NCBI GenBank assembly: GCA_951406725.2
Contig: OX597834.1
Span: forward strand, 32,302,001-32,366,000
Source of the DNA: Octopus vulgaris
Lineage: Eukaryota
DNA: 64,000 bases
Direction of reading: 5' to 3'
Shown: piece by piece, positions 26,239 through 40,396 of the stretch
How the letters are laid out: each line of letters opens with the position of its first letter
How positions within the stretch are numbered: position 1 is the stretch's first letter
The notes under the pieces: model-generated
The model's input: only the letters and a program-made list of their open reading frames with translations
What the model was told of the DNA's origin: nothing
The model's database searches: none
Program-made: the position numbers and the translations under genes

Positions 26239-26989
26239 ATATATATAAAAATATTTATAACATGTATATATTATATATGTATGTACATATATATTTATAT
26301 GTATGTGTGTGTGTGTGTGTTCTTATACACTGGTCCACTAAGTCAACAACTTTTCATAAATCAGCATAAAACAATCACTCGTACTTGTATTATAAGTTTA
26401 ATCTTATATCAGCTAATTCATGTTACCAGGATTACTCCTTTTTACCAGCTGAGTGGACTGGAGCAACGTGAAATGAAGTGTCTTGCTCAAGAACACAATG
26501 TATTGCCCAGTCCAGGAATTGAAACCACAATCTTATGATCGTGAGTCCAATACCCTAACCACTAAACCATGCACCTCCACTGTAGGTGTGTTGGCCCATG
26601 AAAATCCATTTTTACTGTTAGGAAGAGATGGTCCATATTAGTCTGGCCGCTATCTTTTGACTTGTCCAGCATAGGACGCCCCACAAGGAGCCTATGCACC
26701 ACTAGCATAGCTCTCAGGGTAATTAAGGCATACAAGCCACCACATGACAAGAAGGGCTGGACCTTGTGATGGAAGTGTTGGGTGTGGAGAAGATAAATTC
26801 CTTTTTATCTAATGAGATATGAGCCAAACCTTAGATGGGCCTGACCTGTTGGCTAAAATATATCTCTGGTCATGAGGACATGGGAAGTGCATTTCACCTT
26901 GAGTTTCTGTAGTCCCCTGGGTAGAGGAAATCCTTTCGTATAATTCTTTTCTCCACCAAACAGAGTCTGCAGCTCCTATTGCTGTTGAG

Positions 26990-27356
26990 GTTTGTTTGTT
27001 TGTTTGTTTGTTGAGCAAAGTGGTCTCCATCCTGGGAGAAGTCCAAAATGTGGTCCTTTGCTATTTGTAAGACCCGCAGAAGAGAAAGCAGATCAACCCC
27101 CGACACCGAGAGCATCAGGCTCAACGGTTGCGTATCAGGCTCACCAGGCTCAGCGTTTGCATAGGAAATCGGGGGAGAAGAAACAGGAAGAAAGAGTGAG
27201 AGAAAGTTGGAGCGTAAAAGTACAACAGGTTCCAGAGCCTTGTGGAGCTTTAGGTGTTTTTGCTCAATAAGCACACACAACACCCGGTCTGGGAATCGAA
27301 ACCGCGATCTTCCAACCGTGAGTCCGCTACCCTAACCACTGGGCCATTGTGCCTCC
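26990..27356 (-). mobile_element. SINE family C with (AAAC)n tail
   Basis: Reverse complement of 14078-14435. Confidence 0.85.
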
Positions 27357-27834
27357 ACTTGCTGTTGAAGTAAGATTTATACTGTTTCCTGTAATCTCCA
27401 GTTGATGTTATATGGTGCAGAGTTTTCTTTCAATAGCCATTTGTCTCACCAATGTTGTGAGATGGGAGGAGGTAGTATTGGAAAAGACAGTGCTAGAGGG
27501 AGTAATGGAGGAGAGACTGTAGTGGCAGGGAGTGATGGAAGAGAAGTAGTGGAGACAGCTTCATATTTGCTTGTAAAGGAGAGAAGGTGATGGGGGAGGG
27601 GGAGAAGACAAGAGGAAGGATGAGAGGATGAGAGAGTGAGGGAGAGATCACAACATTATTCCCCCTAGATGGGACTGGCATCCCATCCAGGGGTTACTCA
27701 TTTACAGTTGATTTAATTGGAGTAATGTGAAATGAAGTTTTTCTCAAGATCACAATGCACCACCCAGTCCAGGAATTGAAACCACAATCTTGCAATTATG
27801 AGTGTCACACCTTAACCACTCATCACATGTGCTA

Positions 27835-27995
27835 GCGGCCCAGCACTTCTTTATACAACTGACCTCATCCATATACATCACATGCCCATACCAGCACAGT
27901 CTTCTCTCTTGCACATTACATCTGATTCCTTTTATATTCACTTTTTCTCTCAGCTCTTTAATGCTTCATCACTCATGCGTGCAAACATTACACAT
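27835..27995 (-). mobile_element. RTE LINE ORF remnant
   Basis: IRCNVQERRLCWYGHVMYMDE..CIKKC matches the RTE RRLRWxGHVxRM motif. Confidence 0.8.
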
Positions 27996-28512
27996 TGTGG
28001 AATGGGCCAAGTTGATTTACATTGACCCCAGTGGTCAATTGATACTTATTTTATTGGCCCTGAATTGACGAAAGGCAAAGTCAACTCCAGCAGAATTTGA
28101 ACTCAAAATGTAAAGCCACGAGAAATACCTCTAAGCACTTTCTATGATGTGCTAATAATTCTACCATTTTCCCACCTTATAAAATTCCAGATTTATTATG
28201 AAATGCTTCAGTAACAGATGTGGAAAGTAGTTTTGATTAAAACATATGACAAACATTGAAAGAGATTTAGAAAATGTCATATATTTCATTAAACATGTCT
28301 TTTTTTGTTTTTATATCTTTTGTGTGATTCAGTCATTGGATTGCAGCGATGCTAGGGTACCACCTTGAAGGGTTTAATCAAATGAATAGACCCCAGGACT
28401 TAATTTTTTATAGCCTGATAATTATTCTGTTGGTTCTCTTTTACTGAACTGTTAAGTAAACAAACCAACACTGGTTGTCAAGTACTTGGGCTAGGAGAAC
28501 AAACACACACAT

Positions 28513-28563
<51 letters not shown>

Positions 28564-29209
28564 CATACACACACAGAGGACAGGTTTCCACATAGTTTCC
28601 ATCTACCAAACCCACTCACAAGGCATTGGTCAGCCCAAGGCTATGGTAGAAGACACTTGCCCAAGGTGCCACACAGTGGGACTGAATGCAAAGCTATGAC
28701 TTTGCAGAGCAAGCTTCTTCACCACAAACATCATATATATTATAAAATATATAATAAACACCTTCAAATGAATAGCATTCTGTATGCCTTGCATAACATG
28801 GACATGCTGTAAGAAAACCACAATATTGTGGTATTTGTCTCGAGAGAGCATCGTGTATATAGTGCTAGAAAGCACAGAAGTATATCAATAAGAGAAGGAA
28901 AACATCCAGCAGCAGTGGTGGAATTGCTAGGTCTGGGATTTCTGCATATTTGCACGTCATAAGTAGCAGCTATCCTTTATCACTACCTGCATAAACAAAT
29001 TTCCCCTCAACTGATATAAAGAAAAACAGTGATTAACAAATCACTGATGCTGCAGATATGTGGTGGGCAGGGTGAAAATTTGTTATTAGCAATGGAAGTA
29101 GTATTAGTTCAGAATGGCGTTCTGTACATCTTACTAAATGCAGGTATTCTGTTAGAAAGCCACAATACTCTGGCATTTGTCTTGAGAAAGCATCTGTTCT
29201 AGATATATA

Positions 29210-29548
29210 TTTATTTCTTTATTGCCCACAAGGGGTTAAACATAGAGGGGACAAATAAGGACAGACAAAGGGATTAAGTCGATTACATCAACTCCAGTGT
29301 GTAACTGGTACTTATTTAATCAACCCCGAAAGGATGAAAGGCAAAGTTGACCTCAACGGAATTTGAAATCAGAACATAGCGGCAGACCAAATACCGCTAA
29401 GCATTTTGCCCAGCCTGCTAAAATATTCTTTTCTGCTCTAGGCACAAGGCCCAAAATTTTTGAGGAGGGGGGCCCAGTCAATTAGATCAACTCCAGTATG
29501 CAACTGGTACTTAATTTATCGACCCCGAAAGGATGAAAGGCAAAGTCG
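29210..29548 (-). mobile_element. SINE family B fragments
   Basis: Consensus match. Confidence 0.8.
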
Positions 29549-29569
29549 TCTAGATGTATATTGCTAAAC

Positions 29570-30491
29570 GTATCAGTGTCTGATGAAAATCGCTCAGCAG
29601 TAGAAGAGAAGTTGTTAGATTAAGGATTTCTGCGTAATTGCACATCATCAATAGCAGGTATCCATTATCAACCACACACTTAATAAATATTTCATTAAAA
29701 CATACAATAAACATTGCTGTATACATTATAAACATCATGTTTATACATACACACACATACATATATGTGTGAGTGTGTGTGTGTATAAACATTGTTATTA
29801 TATATTTAACGTTTGATATTTTATTAAAACATATAAAATAAAACATCAAAAAAACCATTGTTGAATAATTTTAGTAAAAAGAAAATACAAAATTCTCCCT
29901 CTTTTCTTCTTCCCCTGCCCAGCACTTGTTCAATAATAAAATCAGTCAATAGATAAATAAAATTAACAAGCGAGATATTTTGGTGATGGGCAAACATAAA
30001 TAAATAATACCAATGAAGAAATGTGATAAAGATTGAACTAAATCTTACACATCACCGAGCATTTAATGGCTTCCACCCTTGTCTTCTTCGTTCTTTGTTT
30101 TCTAATTTATTGTTGAAATTATTTCATATCCGTGTCATCCTCTCATCTCCGTCTTACGTCCTCCCCTTCCTCCTCCTCCTCCCCCTCTCTCTCTTACTAT
30201 TTTTTCTCTTTCTCTCTCCATTTTTTTACTCTTCCTTGGACTCCATTTTAATAAAATATTTAATGTTGAATATATAAGAACAATGTTTATACACACATGC
30301 ACTCACATATGTGTGTGTGTGTATAAACATGATGTTTATAATGAATACAGCAATGTTGCATGTTTTAATGAAATATTTATTAAGTGTCTGGTTGATAATG
30401 GATATCTGCTACTGATGATGTGCAATTACGCAGAAATCCTTAATCTAACAATTTCTTTTCCTGCTGAGTGATTTTCATCAGATACTGATAC
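29570..30491. repeat. Long inverted repeat (~250-bp arms, ~415-bp spacer), possibly a foldback element
   Basis: Arms 29570-29829 and 30246-30491; ORFs 29550- and 30283+ both read VDNGYLLLMMCNYAEILNLT. Confidence 0.85.
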
Positions 30492-31180
30492 TTCTGTGCT
30501 TTTCTATGTCATCTTTTCATCTCTCCCTGTCATGCTTCCCTTCCCATGGGTGACTGCTGATCTTCCATAAACAACCTTGCTTGCACTTGTGCCTTGGAGG
30601 AGAATTTTCCAGGTGTAATTCCATGGTCATTCATGAGTGAAGGGAGTCATTACCCTTTTTATGTCACCTCCTCATCTACTATCTTGATCCCTTCTCTTCT
30701 TCCTCTTCCAACCTTCTCCCTCCCTTCACCCTGCACACCCTCTCTCACAGTCTCTCCCTCTCTCTCTCTTTCCCTGTCCTTTGGCTTTGTTATAGATTTA
30801 TATATGACACCTCATCTCCCTACACTCCTCCTGCTTACCTTCCCATTTCTCCCTCCCTCTGCCTATCTCTGCCTCTCCCTCTCTCTCTTCCCCCTCTCTC
30901 TCTTTCTCAGTTGTCTGACTCTTCACTCTGTTAGATTATTTAATAACAGGCAGTGATGGATGAAGATGATTTTTCAGTGAATTAGAGTGGAACTAAATGG
31001 ATAAACTTGACCAGACTGGACAGTTAGATAATTGATCTGTTGTTTGACGAATCATGGTTCAAATACTATTATTATTGATATTGTTTTTCTGTTGATGTTC
31101 CCATTTCAATAAACTGTTTTCTGTCTGTCTGCTGTATGTATGTGCATGTGAGTGCATGTGTGTATGTGTGTATGTGTGTA

Positions 31181-31245
<65 letters not shown>

Positions 31246-31272
31246 TTATGCATGTATTTATGTATGTATGTA

Positions 31273-31830
31273 GATCTGGATAGAGTAACTACAGGTTTCT
31301 CAATAGTTCAGCATAGGTATTCTCTTTTTCACCGAACTTCAGCTTTATGTTAACATCTGCTGGGCAAAACTGTACACTGTCTCCACAACTGTACACTGCT
31401 TCACTTCTTTGTCTCAAATCATTATATCAGGTCCAGGTCTAATGTGTTTACATTTCATTGAGGTTTTCACAGGGTCATTACACCAGTACTCCTTTCTCAT
31501 TATGTATGGCTATGGCTTCCACCATACTGTGGGTCCTTATTTCTTTGTCCTTGAGTTATCCTTTCAACAGACATCTTTATACAGTGTCCTAGGTACAACA
31601 TCATATCTCAGTGGTAGGTAATACTGTGGTGACATTTTCAGACAATTGTTTATGGCGTAGGTGGTATCTTCAGTGTTAACTCCACAAAGTCTGCATCGGT
31701 TGTCATATTTTACTGCTTTTCCTGCATCTCTGTCCCTTTTGTGCATCAGGTACTTGGTTGACATTTCCTGTTCCTGGACTGCAAACCCTTCAAAGTGGGA
31801 AGTAAATAATCCAATTGTTGGACCATGATA
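31273..31830 (-). mobile_element. R4/NeSL-type (restriction-like endonuclease) non-LTR retrotransposon remnant
   Basis: Zn-knuckle-like CRLCG..TED...INNC...YLPLRYDVV, then RPGPDIMI.DK and EKENTYAELLRNL. Confidence 0.85.
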
Positions 31831-31919
31831 GACTGCTTTGATGATTAACGTTACTATCATCTCAAAACTTTCTACTAACGTCTCCAAATATGGTCGTCTG
31901 CTGATATACACTCATTCTA

Positions 31920-32302
31920 AGGCAGCGAGCTGGCAGAATCGTTAGCACACCAGGCGAAATGCGTAGCCGTATTTTGTCTGCCATTACGTTCTAAATTCAA
32001 ATTTCGCCGAGGTCGACTTTACCTTTCATCCTTTCGGGGTCGATAAATTAAGTACCAGTTACGCACTGGGGTCGATATAATTGACTTAATCCATTTGTCT
32101 GTCCTTGTTTAGCCCCTTGTGGGTAGTAAAGAAATAGGTATTTCATCTGTATTTACGTTCTGAGTTTAAATTCCGCTGAGGTCAACTTTGCCTTTCATCC
32201 TTTTGGGGTTGATAAATTAAGTACCAGCTGCATAATGGGGTCGATCGAATTGACTGGCCCCTTCCCAAACATTTTGGACTTTATGCCTAGGGTAGAAAAG
32301 GA
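31920..32302 (+). mobile_element. SINE family B, dimeric-body form with tail
   Basis: Head, two body units and tail. Confidence 0.85.
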
Positions 32303-32365
32303 TATACACTCATTCTTTCATCTGATGATATGTTGCAGTAGAATTGTGCTACTTCTTTGGATATA

Positions 32366-32760
32366 GGCATAAGCGTGGCTGTGTGGTAAGAAGCTTGCTT
32401 CCAAATTACATGGTCCTGGGTTCAGTCCCACTGTGTGGCACCTTGGGCAAGTATCTTCTGCTATAGCCTCAGGCTGACCAAAGCCTTGTGAGTGGTTTTG
32501 GTAGATAAAAACTAGAAGAATCTTGTCATGTGTGTGTGTGTGTGTGTGTATCTGTGTGTCTGTGTTTGTCCTCCACCATCGCTTGACAACCGATGTTGGT
32601 GTGGTTACATCCCTGTAATGTAGCAGTTCAGCAAAAGAGACCAATAGAACAAGTTATAGGCTCACAAAGAATAAGTCCTAGAGTTGACTTGTTCGACTAA
32701 AGGCAGTGCTCCAGCATGGCCGCAGTCAAATGATTGAAACAAGTAACAAAATAAAAGAAT
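32366..32760 (+). mobile_element. SINE family A (diverged)
   Basis: Consensus match. Confidence 0.85.
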
Positions 32761-32880
32761 GTATTTAAGGTTATGAGACAAAGAGTCTTGCTCAAGGAGC
32801 TGCATTCCAAGTCTTATGATGTTATCAGCCCTATGTATGCAAACTTGATCAAGGGATGCACTTTGACACTTGGTGGTTAA

Positions 32881-33100
32881 CCCTTTCGTTACCAACCCGG
32901 CTGAAACCGGCTCTGGCTCTGAGTACAAATGTCTTATTTTCATAAGTTTTGAATTAAAATCTTCCACCAAACCTTAGTCACAATTTATGTTCCTAACACT
33001 AGCTGAATGATAACTAAGTTACTTTACTAAATTATTTGTTATATTTAAAGTAATTTAAAGAAACACAGCGCATTTCAAAATAAATACAGTAATGAAAGGG
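32881..33100. mobile_element. piggyBac-type non-autonomous element (220 bp)
   Basis: TTAA on both sides; TIR CCCTTTCGTTAC / GTAATGAAAGGG. Confidence 0.9.
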
Positions 33101-33306
33101 TTAAAAGATGGTGCCGAAGGGATATGATATGACTCAAAGGCTGTTTGGATCGATTTTTAAGCCTCTGCCACCTTGTTTTCATTTTAGGTAAAAGCAGTCT
33201 ATGTTGCTGTTGATGTGGAAATTATGTGTGCTGGAAATTATAGTATCTTCCAGGTTTTCACATCAGTAGATGGGATCTCATCAAGCATCCATGTATGGAC
33301 ATTTGA

Positions 33307-33945
33307 TGTATGTATGTATGTATGTATGTATGTATGTATGTATGTATGTATGTATGTATGTATGTATGTATGTATGTATGTGTATGTATGTATGTATGTA
33401 TGTATGTATGTATGTATGTATGTATGTATGTATGTATGTATGTGTATGTATGTATGTATGTATGTATGTATGTATGCATGTATGTATGTATGTATGTATG
33501 TATGTATGTATGTATGTATGTGTATGTATGTATGTATGTATGTATGCATGTATGTATGTATGTGTATGTATGTGTATGTATGTATGTATGTATGTATGTA
33601 TGTATGTATGTATGTATGTGTATGTATGTATGTATGTATGTATGTATGTATGTATGTATGCATGTATGTATGTATGTGTATGTATGCATGTATGTATGTA
33701 TGTATGTATGTATGTATGTATGTATGTATGTATGTATGTATGTATGTATGCATGTATGTATGTATGTGTATGTATGTATGTATGTATGTATGTGTGTATG
33801 CATGTATGTATGTGTGTGTATGTATGTATGTATGTATGTATGTATGTATGTATGTATGTATGTATGCATGTATGTATGTATGTGTATGTATGTATGTATG
33901 TATGTATGTATGTATGTATGCATGTATGTATGTGTGTATGTATAT
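33307..33945. repeat. ~640-bp (TATG)n microsatellite
   Basis: Direct reading. Confidence 0.97.
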
Positions 33946-33946
33946 A

Positions 33947-34249
33947 TCTTTATATATAAAAGTGAAGTTGTGTGAGTGTCTGTCTCCTACGATTTAGATT
34001 CCTAACTACTCCCACATTTTGCGGTGCAGTTTAACTAAAACCGGGTATCTTATAGTCGTGATTCATATCGAGCCTTTCTGGGTATTAGCGCGTGTCTATG
34101 ATGAGTCTACGATTTTAAAAAAAAATTTACCATCATTTTTTTTCATTTTTAATGCATTTTTTGCTATTATATAAGGGAAGTAACTCTCTAAAAATGCTTA
34201 TATAGTTATTTCCCTTACAAACCCGAGCAACGCCGGGCGATACTGCTAG
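33947..34249 (+). mobile_element. Non-autonomous Helitron
   Basis: 5' A|TC start, subterminal hairpin CCCGAGCAACGCCGGG (34222-34237), 3' CTAG|T end, no TSD. Confidence 0.85.
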
Positions 34250-34646
34250 TATATATATATATATATATATATACATGCATGGGCTGATAGAGTTCCAGCT
34301 TTAACCTGCATTCTATCAATTTTGTTAGATATATTCCTTACCTGTATCACGTCTTAATTTGCTATCTTACTCCTCATTACTCTTCTTCTTCCTCCTTTCT
34401 CTCCTCTCCTCTCTTCTCTCTCTTTCTCTTTCTCTCTCTCTCTCTCTCTATACCATCTCCTCCTCTTCCTGTTCTCCTCCTGCTGTCCTTTCCTCACGAA
34501 ACTCAAGTTGTGAGACAAAATTTCAGCTTCGGTTTTTATACGAAATAAAACCATATCCCCAACCACTCATATTGAGCACTCCTTTTTCAATTTGTTCAAC
34601 ATTAAGCAACATATATGTGTACACACACACACATACATACACACAC

Positions 34647-34717
<71 letters not shown>

Positions 34718-34747
34718 CAAACACAAACACACACACACACACAAACA

Positions 34748-34794
<47 letters not shown>

Positions 34795-35261
34795 ACATAC
34801 ACGTGCATATTTCTCAACATACTTGATCTCAGTTTCCATTCCAAGTCAGCATTGTCATTCATTGTCCACTGACATTGTCCAGTTATTTAACTTATCTCAT
34901 CACACCCTACCCAAGCCCCCACCAAACACTTCCACCCCACTACCCTAACCTGACTCCCACACCCCCCACATCCCACTGCAGCCGTTCTGCTGCATTTCCT
35001 GTGCAAACAAGGCAACACCACCCCAGGCCAGTCTAACCCAGCCCAGGCCCGACCAGCCCAGCCCAGCCCAGTGCAGCCCAGCAACGGAGCCTTTCTTGAT
35101 AGGAAGTAGCTAATGAATGTAGTAACTGATGCTAACGAACCTTACGCCAATAAGAGTACAATGGCACGAAAGTTAGTCAATAACGAGTGCATCTGTACTG
35201 GAACCATAAGTCAATTAACAGTGCAGGTGTACTGAGATTATATATATCAATAAAGAATATG

Positions 35262-36228
35262 TATTTCTTTACTGCCCACAGGGGGCTAAACACAGAGAGG
35301 ACAATCAAGGGCAGACAAATGGATTAAGTCGATTATAACGACCCCAGTGTGTAACTGGTACTTATTTAATCGACCCCGAAAGGATGAAAGGCAAAGTCGA
35401 CCTCGGCGGAATTTGAACTCAGAACATAACGGCAGACGAAATACGGCTACGCATTTCGCCCGGCGTGCTAACGTTTCTGCCAGCTCGCTGCCTTGCAAAG
35501 TCGACCTCGGCGGAATTTGAACTCAGAACATAACGGCAGACGAAATACGGCTACGCATTTTGCCCGGCGTGCTAACGTTTCTGCCAGCTTGCCACCTTAA
35601 TAAAGAATATGGCTACTCTGTATTTGAAGTACTTGGCAAAAAAAGAGTACGGGTGGGGGGAAGCTACACATCAGAATTTTAACTCAGGATGCAAAAACTG
35701 ATGAAATACCGCTAAGCATTTTGTCTGATGCGTAAATGATTTTGCTAGGCCATTCTTTCTGCTATAAGCACAGGGCCTGAAATTTTGAGGGAGGGGACAC
35801 ATTGATTAGATCAACCCTTCCAGGACTCGACTGCTGTTCTGTTTTATCAGTCACGAGTGGATAAAAGGTGAAGTCGGCACCCAACAGTATTTGAAGGTGG
35901 CGAGCTAGCAGAATCGTTAGCATGTCAGGTGAAATGCTTAGCGATATTTCGTCTGCGTTACGTTGTGAGTTCAAATTCTGCTGAGGTCGACTTTGCCTTT
36001 CATCCTTTCGGGGTCGATAAATTAAGTACTAGTTACGCACTGGGGTCAATGTAATCGACTTAATACCTATGTCTGTCCTTGTTTGCCCCCTCTATGTTTA
36101 GACCCTTGTGGGCAATGAAGAAATACGTATTTGAAGTAAATATTTTTGTCTGATGTGCTAAATAACTCTGCCAGGTTGCCACCTTGAATAACAATAGCAA
36201 TGATAATAAAAAAAATAATAATGATAAC

Positions 36229-36275
<47 letters not shown>

Positions 36276-36400
36276 TGATGATGATGATGATGATTTATTT
36301 CTTTATTGCCCACAGGGGGGTTAAACATAGAGGGGACAAACAAGGACAGACAAAGGGATTAAGTCGATTACATCGACCCCAGTGTGTAACTGGTACTTAT

Positions 36401-36403
<3 letters not shown>
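35262..36403. mobile_element. Cluster of SINE family B copies in both orientations (35262-35598 minus with duplicated head; 35896-36125 plus; 36295-36403 minus)
   Basis: Consensus matches. Confidence 0.8.
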
Positions 36404-36446
<43 letters not shown>

Positions 36447-37588
36447 GAGACCCTCACACATACATACACACACACACATATACTAAGCAAAATAAATGTT
36501 CATCTTCAGTGACAGATGTAGTCCATCTCCATTACATCAATATTTTGTGCTCTTCCAGTCAATAATTCTGCATGAGAGGAGATCTCACTGATCGAATATC
36601 AGAAGAGGAAGAGGGAATCCAAATGAATCGATGAGATGCTGTCTTCATCACTTGTAATGACATGTTTTGACAAACAGCTTCTTCTGTCGGTCTCCCGTGG
36701 GAATCTAATCTATAACCTTAACCTGGCTGCGATTGGCCTATATTGCTGGTTCCTAGAAGGCCTGCTCCCTTAAAGCTGATCTTTGATTGGTTCTGGTCGT
36801 GTCTGCTCTATATTCAGCCGGTCTGTGATTGGTCAGTTTTATTGGATCTGGAAGGCTTCTCTCCTATAACCACCGGTGTGACTATCTTCTATCCCTCATC
36901 TTCTTTCTTTTCTTTTCTTTTTTTTATTTGTTTCAGTCATTGGACTGTGGCCATACTGGGGCACCACCTTGAAAGGTTTTAGCAAGACATATTGACCCCA
37001 GTTTTTTTTTGTTTTCTTTTGTTGTTTTTAAACTCTATTACTTACACTGTTGATCTCTTTTTGTAAACCACTAAGTTATAGGGACATAAACAAACCAACA
37101 ATGGTTGTCATGAAAGGGAGGGAGGACAAATACAAAGATACATACACATATACATATATATGTATATATAATAAACATATATGTTTGCATATCTGTGTGC
37201 ATATCTTTGTTTGTCCCCCCACCACCATTGCTTGACAACCGATTTTGGTGTGTTTACATCTCTGTAACTTAGTGGTTCAGCAAAATAGACCAATAGAATA
37301 AGTACTAGGCTTACAAAGAATAAGTCCTAGGGTTGATTTGTTTGACTAAAGGTGGTGCTCCAGCATGGCTGCAGTCAAATGACTGAAACAAGTAAAAAAA
37401 TAAAAGAAAAAATATGTATGTGTACACACACACACATATGCACATAAATATAAAACAAGGTGGAGAAAATAGTACTCAAATACCGAAGGTAGAGCAACGT
37501 GCTTTGTTATTAAAGCTGATAAAACATCACAAAACTGCGATATTTTTCCAACCTTAATAAAAAAAGTATATGTATGTGTATATATATA

Positions 37589-37995
37589 GGCGCAGGAGTG
37601 GCTGTGTGGTAAGTAGCTTGCTAACCAACCACATGGTCCCGGGTTCAGTCCCATTGTGTGGCATCTTGGGCAAGTGTCTTCTGCTATAGCCTCAGGCTGA
37701 CCAAAGCCTTGTGAGTGGATTTGGTAGACGGAAACTGAAAGAAGCCTGTCGTATATATGTATATATATGTATATGTATGTGTGTGTATATGTTTGTGTGT
37801 CTGTGTTTGTCCTTCTAGCATTGTTTGACAACCGATGCTGGTGTGTTTACGTTCCCGTCACTTAGCGGTTCAGCAAAAGAGACCGATAGAATAAGTACTG
37901 GGCTTACAAAGAATAAGTCCTGGGGTCGATTTGCTCGACTAAAGGCGGTGCTCCAGCATGGCCACAGTCAAATGACTGAAACAAGTAAAAGAGAG
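37589..37995 (+). mobile_element. SINE family A, full length
   Basis: Consensus match. Confidence 0.9.
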
Positions 37996-39151
37996 AAAAA
38001 AGAGAAACAGTGTGTGTGTGTGTGCGCATGCGCTCGTTTTGTTGGCTGGTCTGAGATGAGGACAAGTTGAGTTGATAAATGAAAATATATTTCTTGGGTT
38101 GCATGAAAAAGTAACTGAATGACACCTGAAAACATTTAATAGAAGATTTTATTATCACACATAAAGTCAAACTGCATTGGTCTTTTATTGATGACAACAG
38201 CAATAATTACACACTGGGAGAGATATATTCTGCATGGAGCTTACAGCAAGCTTACAGATGCAGCAATGTGGCTGGTCCAACATAACCAGATTCCTGTCAT
38301 GTAATATAGAATTTAGTTAAATTCGAAGGACTCATTTTTTTTATCCAAAATCACCAAGAGGATGAGATAGACAAAGAACATGTAGTTGGTAAAACATGTT
38401 CTTTGGTGATTTTGGAGCCACATGAACGAGAACTAAAATAAATGATTATTGAATTGCATCCACTTGTAAGCCTCTTCTTTGAATTCCAGATCCTTAAGAC
38501 TACAGAAAATATTTATAATGGGAGAAGGTGATACTCCACAGGTATCTTGAATACTTCACCTTCTCCACAGGTATCATGAACCTTCAATTCCATTATAGAT
38601 CCTTGAAGCTCTGCTCTATAATTAGACGTATACAAATACATATTTTGCACCAAACATAAATTCTTAATTTATTAAAAACTATCTACACCTGTCCTCTTTC
38701 TTGTCACCTCTCTCTCTCCCTCTCTCCTCTCTCTCTCTCTCTCTCTCTAGCCAGGTAACCATGTACCTCCTCTGTAGCAAGACATCTGTTTCTGCCTCTG
38801 TCTCTTTGTCACACTCTAACCTTTCACTGTCTGACACAAGTCCCCCCTCCTCCAATGACCCCTTTAAGTGGAGGGGCATAGTTGATTTTATTGACCCCAG
38901 TATGAAACTGGTACTTTATTTTAATGACCTCAAAAGCATGAAAGGCAAAGTTTGACCATGATAGGTCTTGAATTTTGAATGTATACCGGAAGAAATGCCA
39001 CAAAGCATTTTATCTGATGCTCTACCAATTCTGCCAATCATAACCATGTTTTTTGTAGTTAATTTATTTATATTTTTAAACAGTCCCTGTTTTTATTTCC
39101 ATTTTTTTCTATCCTTTTCTTTTTTTTTTGCTCATTTTTTTTTTTATTCAG

Positions 39152-39315
39152 ATATTTTACACTCCATTTTCCAATAATCATGAGAGACAATTGAAGAAAA
39201 CCATTTCAGAACCTTTCATTTGCACCAAACCCAAATCAGAAGAAGATTCTGCCAAGACCAAAAGCTGTGTAGAGTTCTTACCAAAACTTGAGAAGAATTT
39301 CGGAAACAGTTCCAT
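39152..39315 (+). CDS. NSMF: NSMF-like internal exon (IFYTPFSNNHERQLKKTISEPF...NFGNSS), phase 0 to 2
   Basis: Long T tract then ttcag acceptor; donor AT|GTAAGA; AT plus T of the next exon gives Ile in frame. Confidence 0.8.
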
Positions 39316-39709
39316 GTAAGAAGCAACATTTCCATTGTGTGAAATTTCTATTTCATTCCATTAATTCTTTAACTAATTTCAGAGCAACGGGCACATGGCC
39401 AAGTGGTTAGGGTGTGAGAATCATGATTGTTAGGATGTGGGTTCAATTCCTTGACCAGGTGACACATTATGTGCTTGAGCAAGGCACTTATTTTATATTG
39501 CTCCACTACTCACAGTTGAACATGAGGGTGCAAGTGCGATTGGTTGGTCTGCAGTTATATAGAAGTCACTTGCCCAAAGTGCCACACAATGGGACTGAAC
39601 CTGAAACCATGTAGTTGGGAAGTGAACTTTTTAACCACACAGCCATATCTGCTCCTATGCATACATACATACAAACGCACATATGTAAATGCTTACACAC
39701 ACACACACA

Positions 39710-40135
39710 ACTTTGGATCGTATGGTGACCTGCTGTGCTTGAGGAGACCTACTGAGTCAAGTACATCAACATCAAAATAAAAATCAAATGGAAATTTTAT
39801 TTGTGATACCCGTGCCAGTGGCACACAAAAACCACCATCTGAACGTGGCCAATGCCAGTGCTGCCTTGACTGGCATCCGTGCCGGTGACACATAAAAAGC
39901 ACCAACTGATCGTGGCCGTTTGCCAGCCTCCTCTGGCCCCTGTGCCAGTGAAACATAAAAAGTACCCACTACACTCACGGAGTGGTTGGTGTTAGGAAGG
40001 GCATCTGGCTGTAGATACACTACCAGATCTGACTGGAGCCTGGTGCAGCCTGCTGGCTTCTCAGACCCCGGTCAAACTGTCCAACCCATGCTAGCATGGA
40101 AAATGGACGTTAAGCGATGATGATGATGATGATGA
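39710..40135 (+). mobile_element. RTE LINE 3' UTR with (GAT)n tail
   Basis: Ends CCAACCCATGCTAGCATGGAAAATGGACGTTAA(GAT)n; reverse complement of the 44812 element end. Confidence 0.75.
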
Positions 40136-40349
40136 TATATACTGTATATGTGTGTGTGTCTTTATCAATCTATCAACCTTCCTTTCTCTCTCCTAATTTT
40201 TTTAGTAATCTATTTACACATGATAGATGCCCAAATGCAAGCCTGAAAGTGTGTATAATACTACTACTACAGGATAGCACAGGGTGAACTCTGAAGGTGG
40301 TCAAACTTGATACTGTACTCTACAACGTTCTTAACAGATTATACCATAA

Positions 40350-40396
<47 letters not shown>

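Noticed and set aside
28800-29185. Possible further R4-type LINE remnant (NIVVF.., ILLESHN..)
   Set aside because: Motifs too degenerate to call from reading alone.
35110-35230. Open segment LMNVVTDANEPY...LTVQ as an extra exon
   Set aside because: Weak donor (GTGTAC), poor acceptor and not needed for phase continuity.
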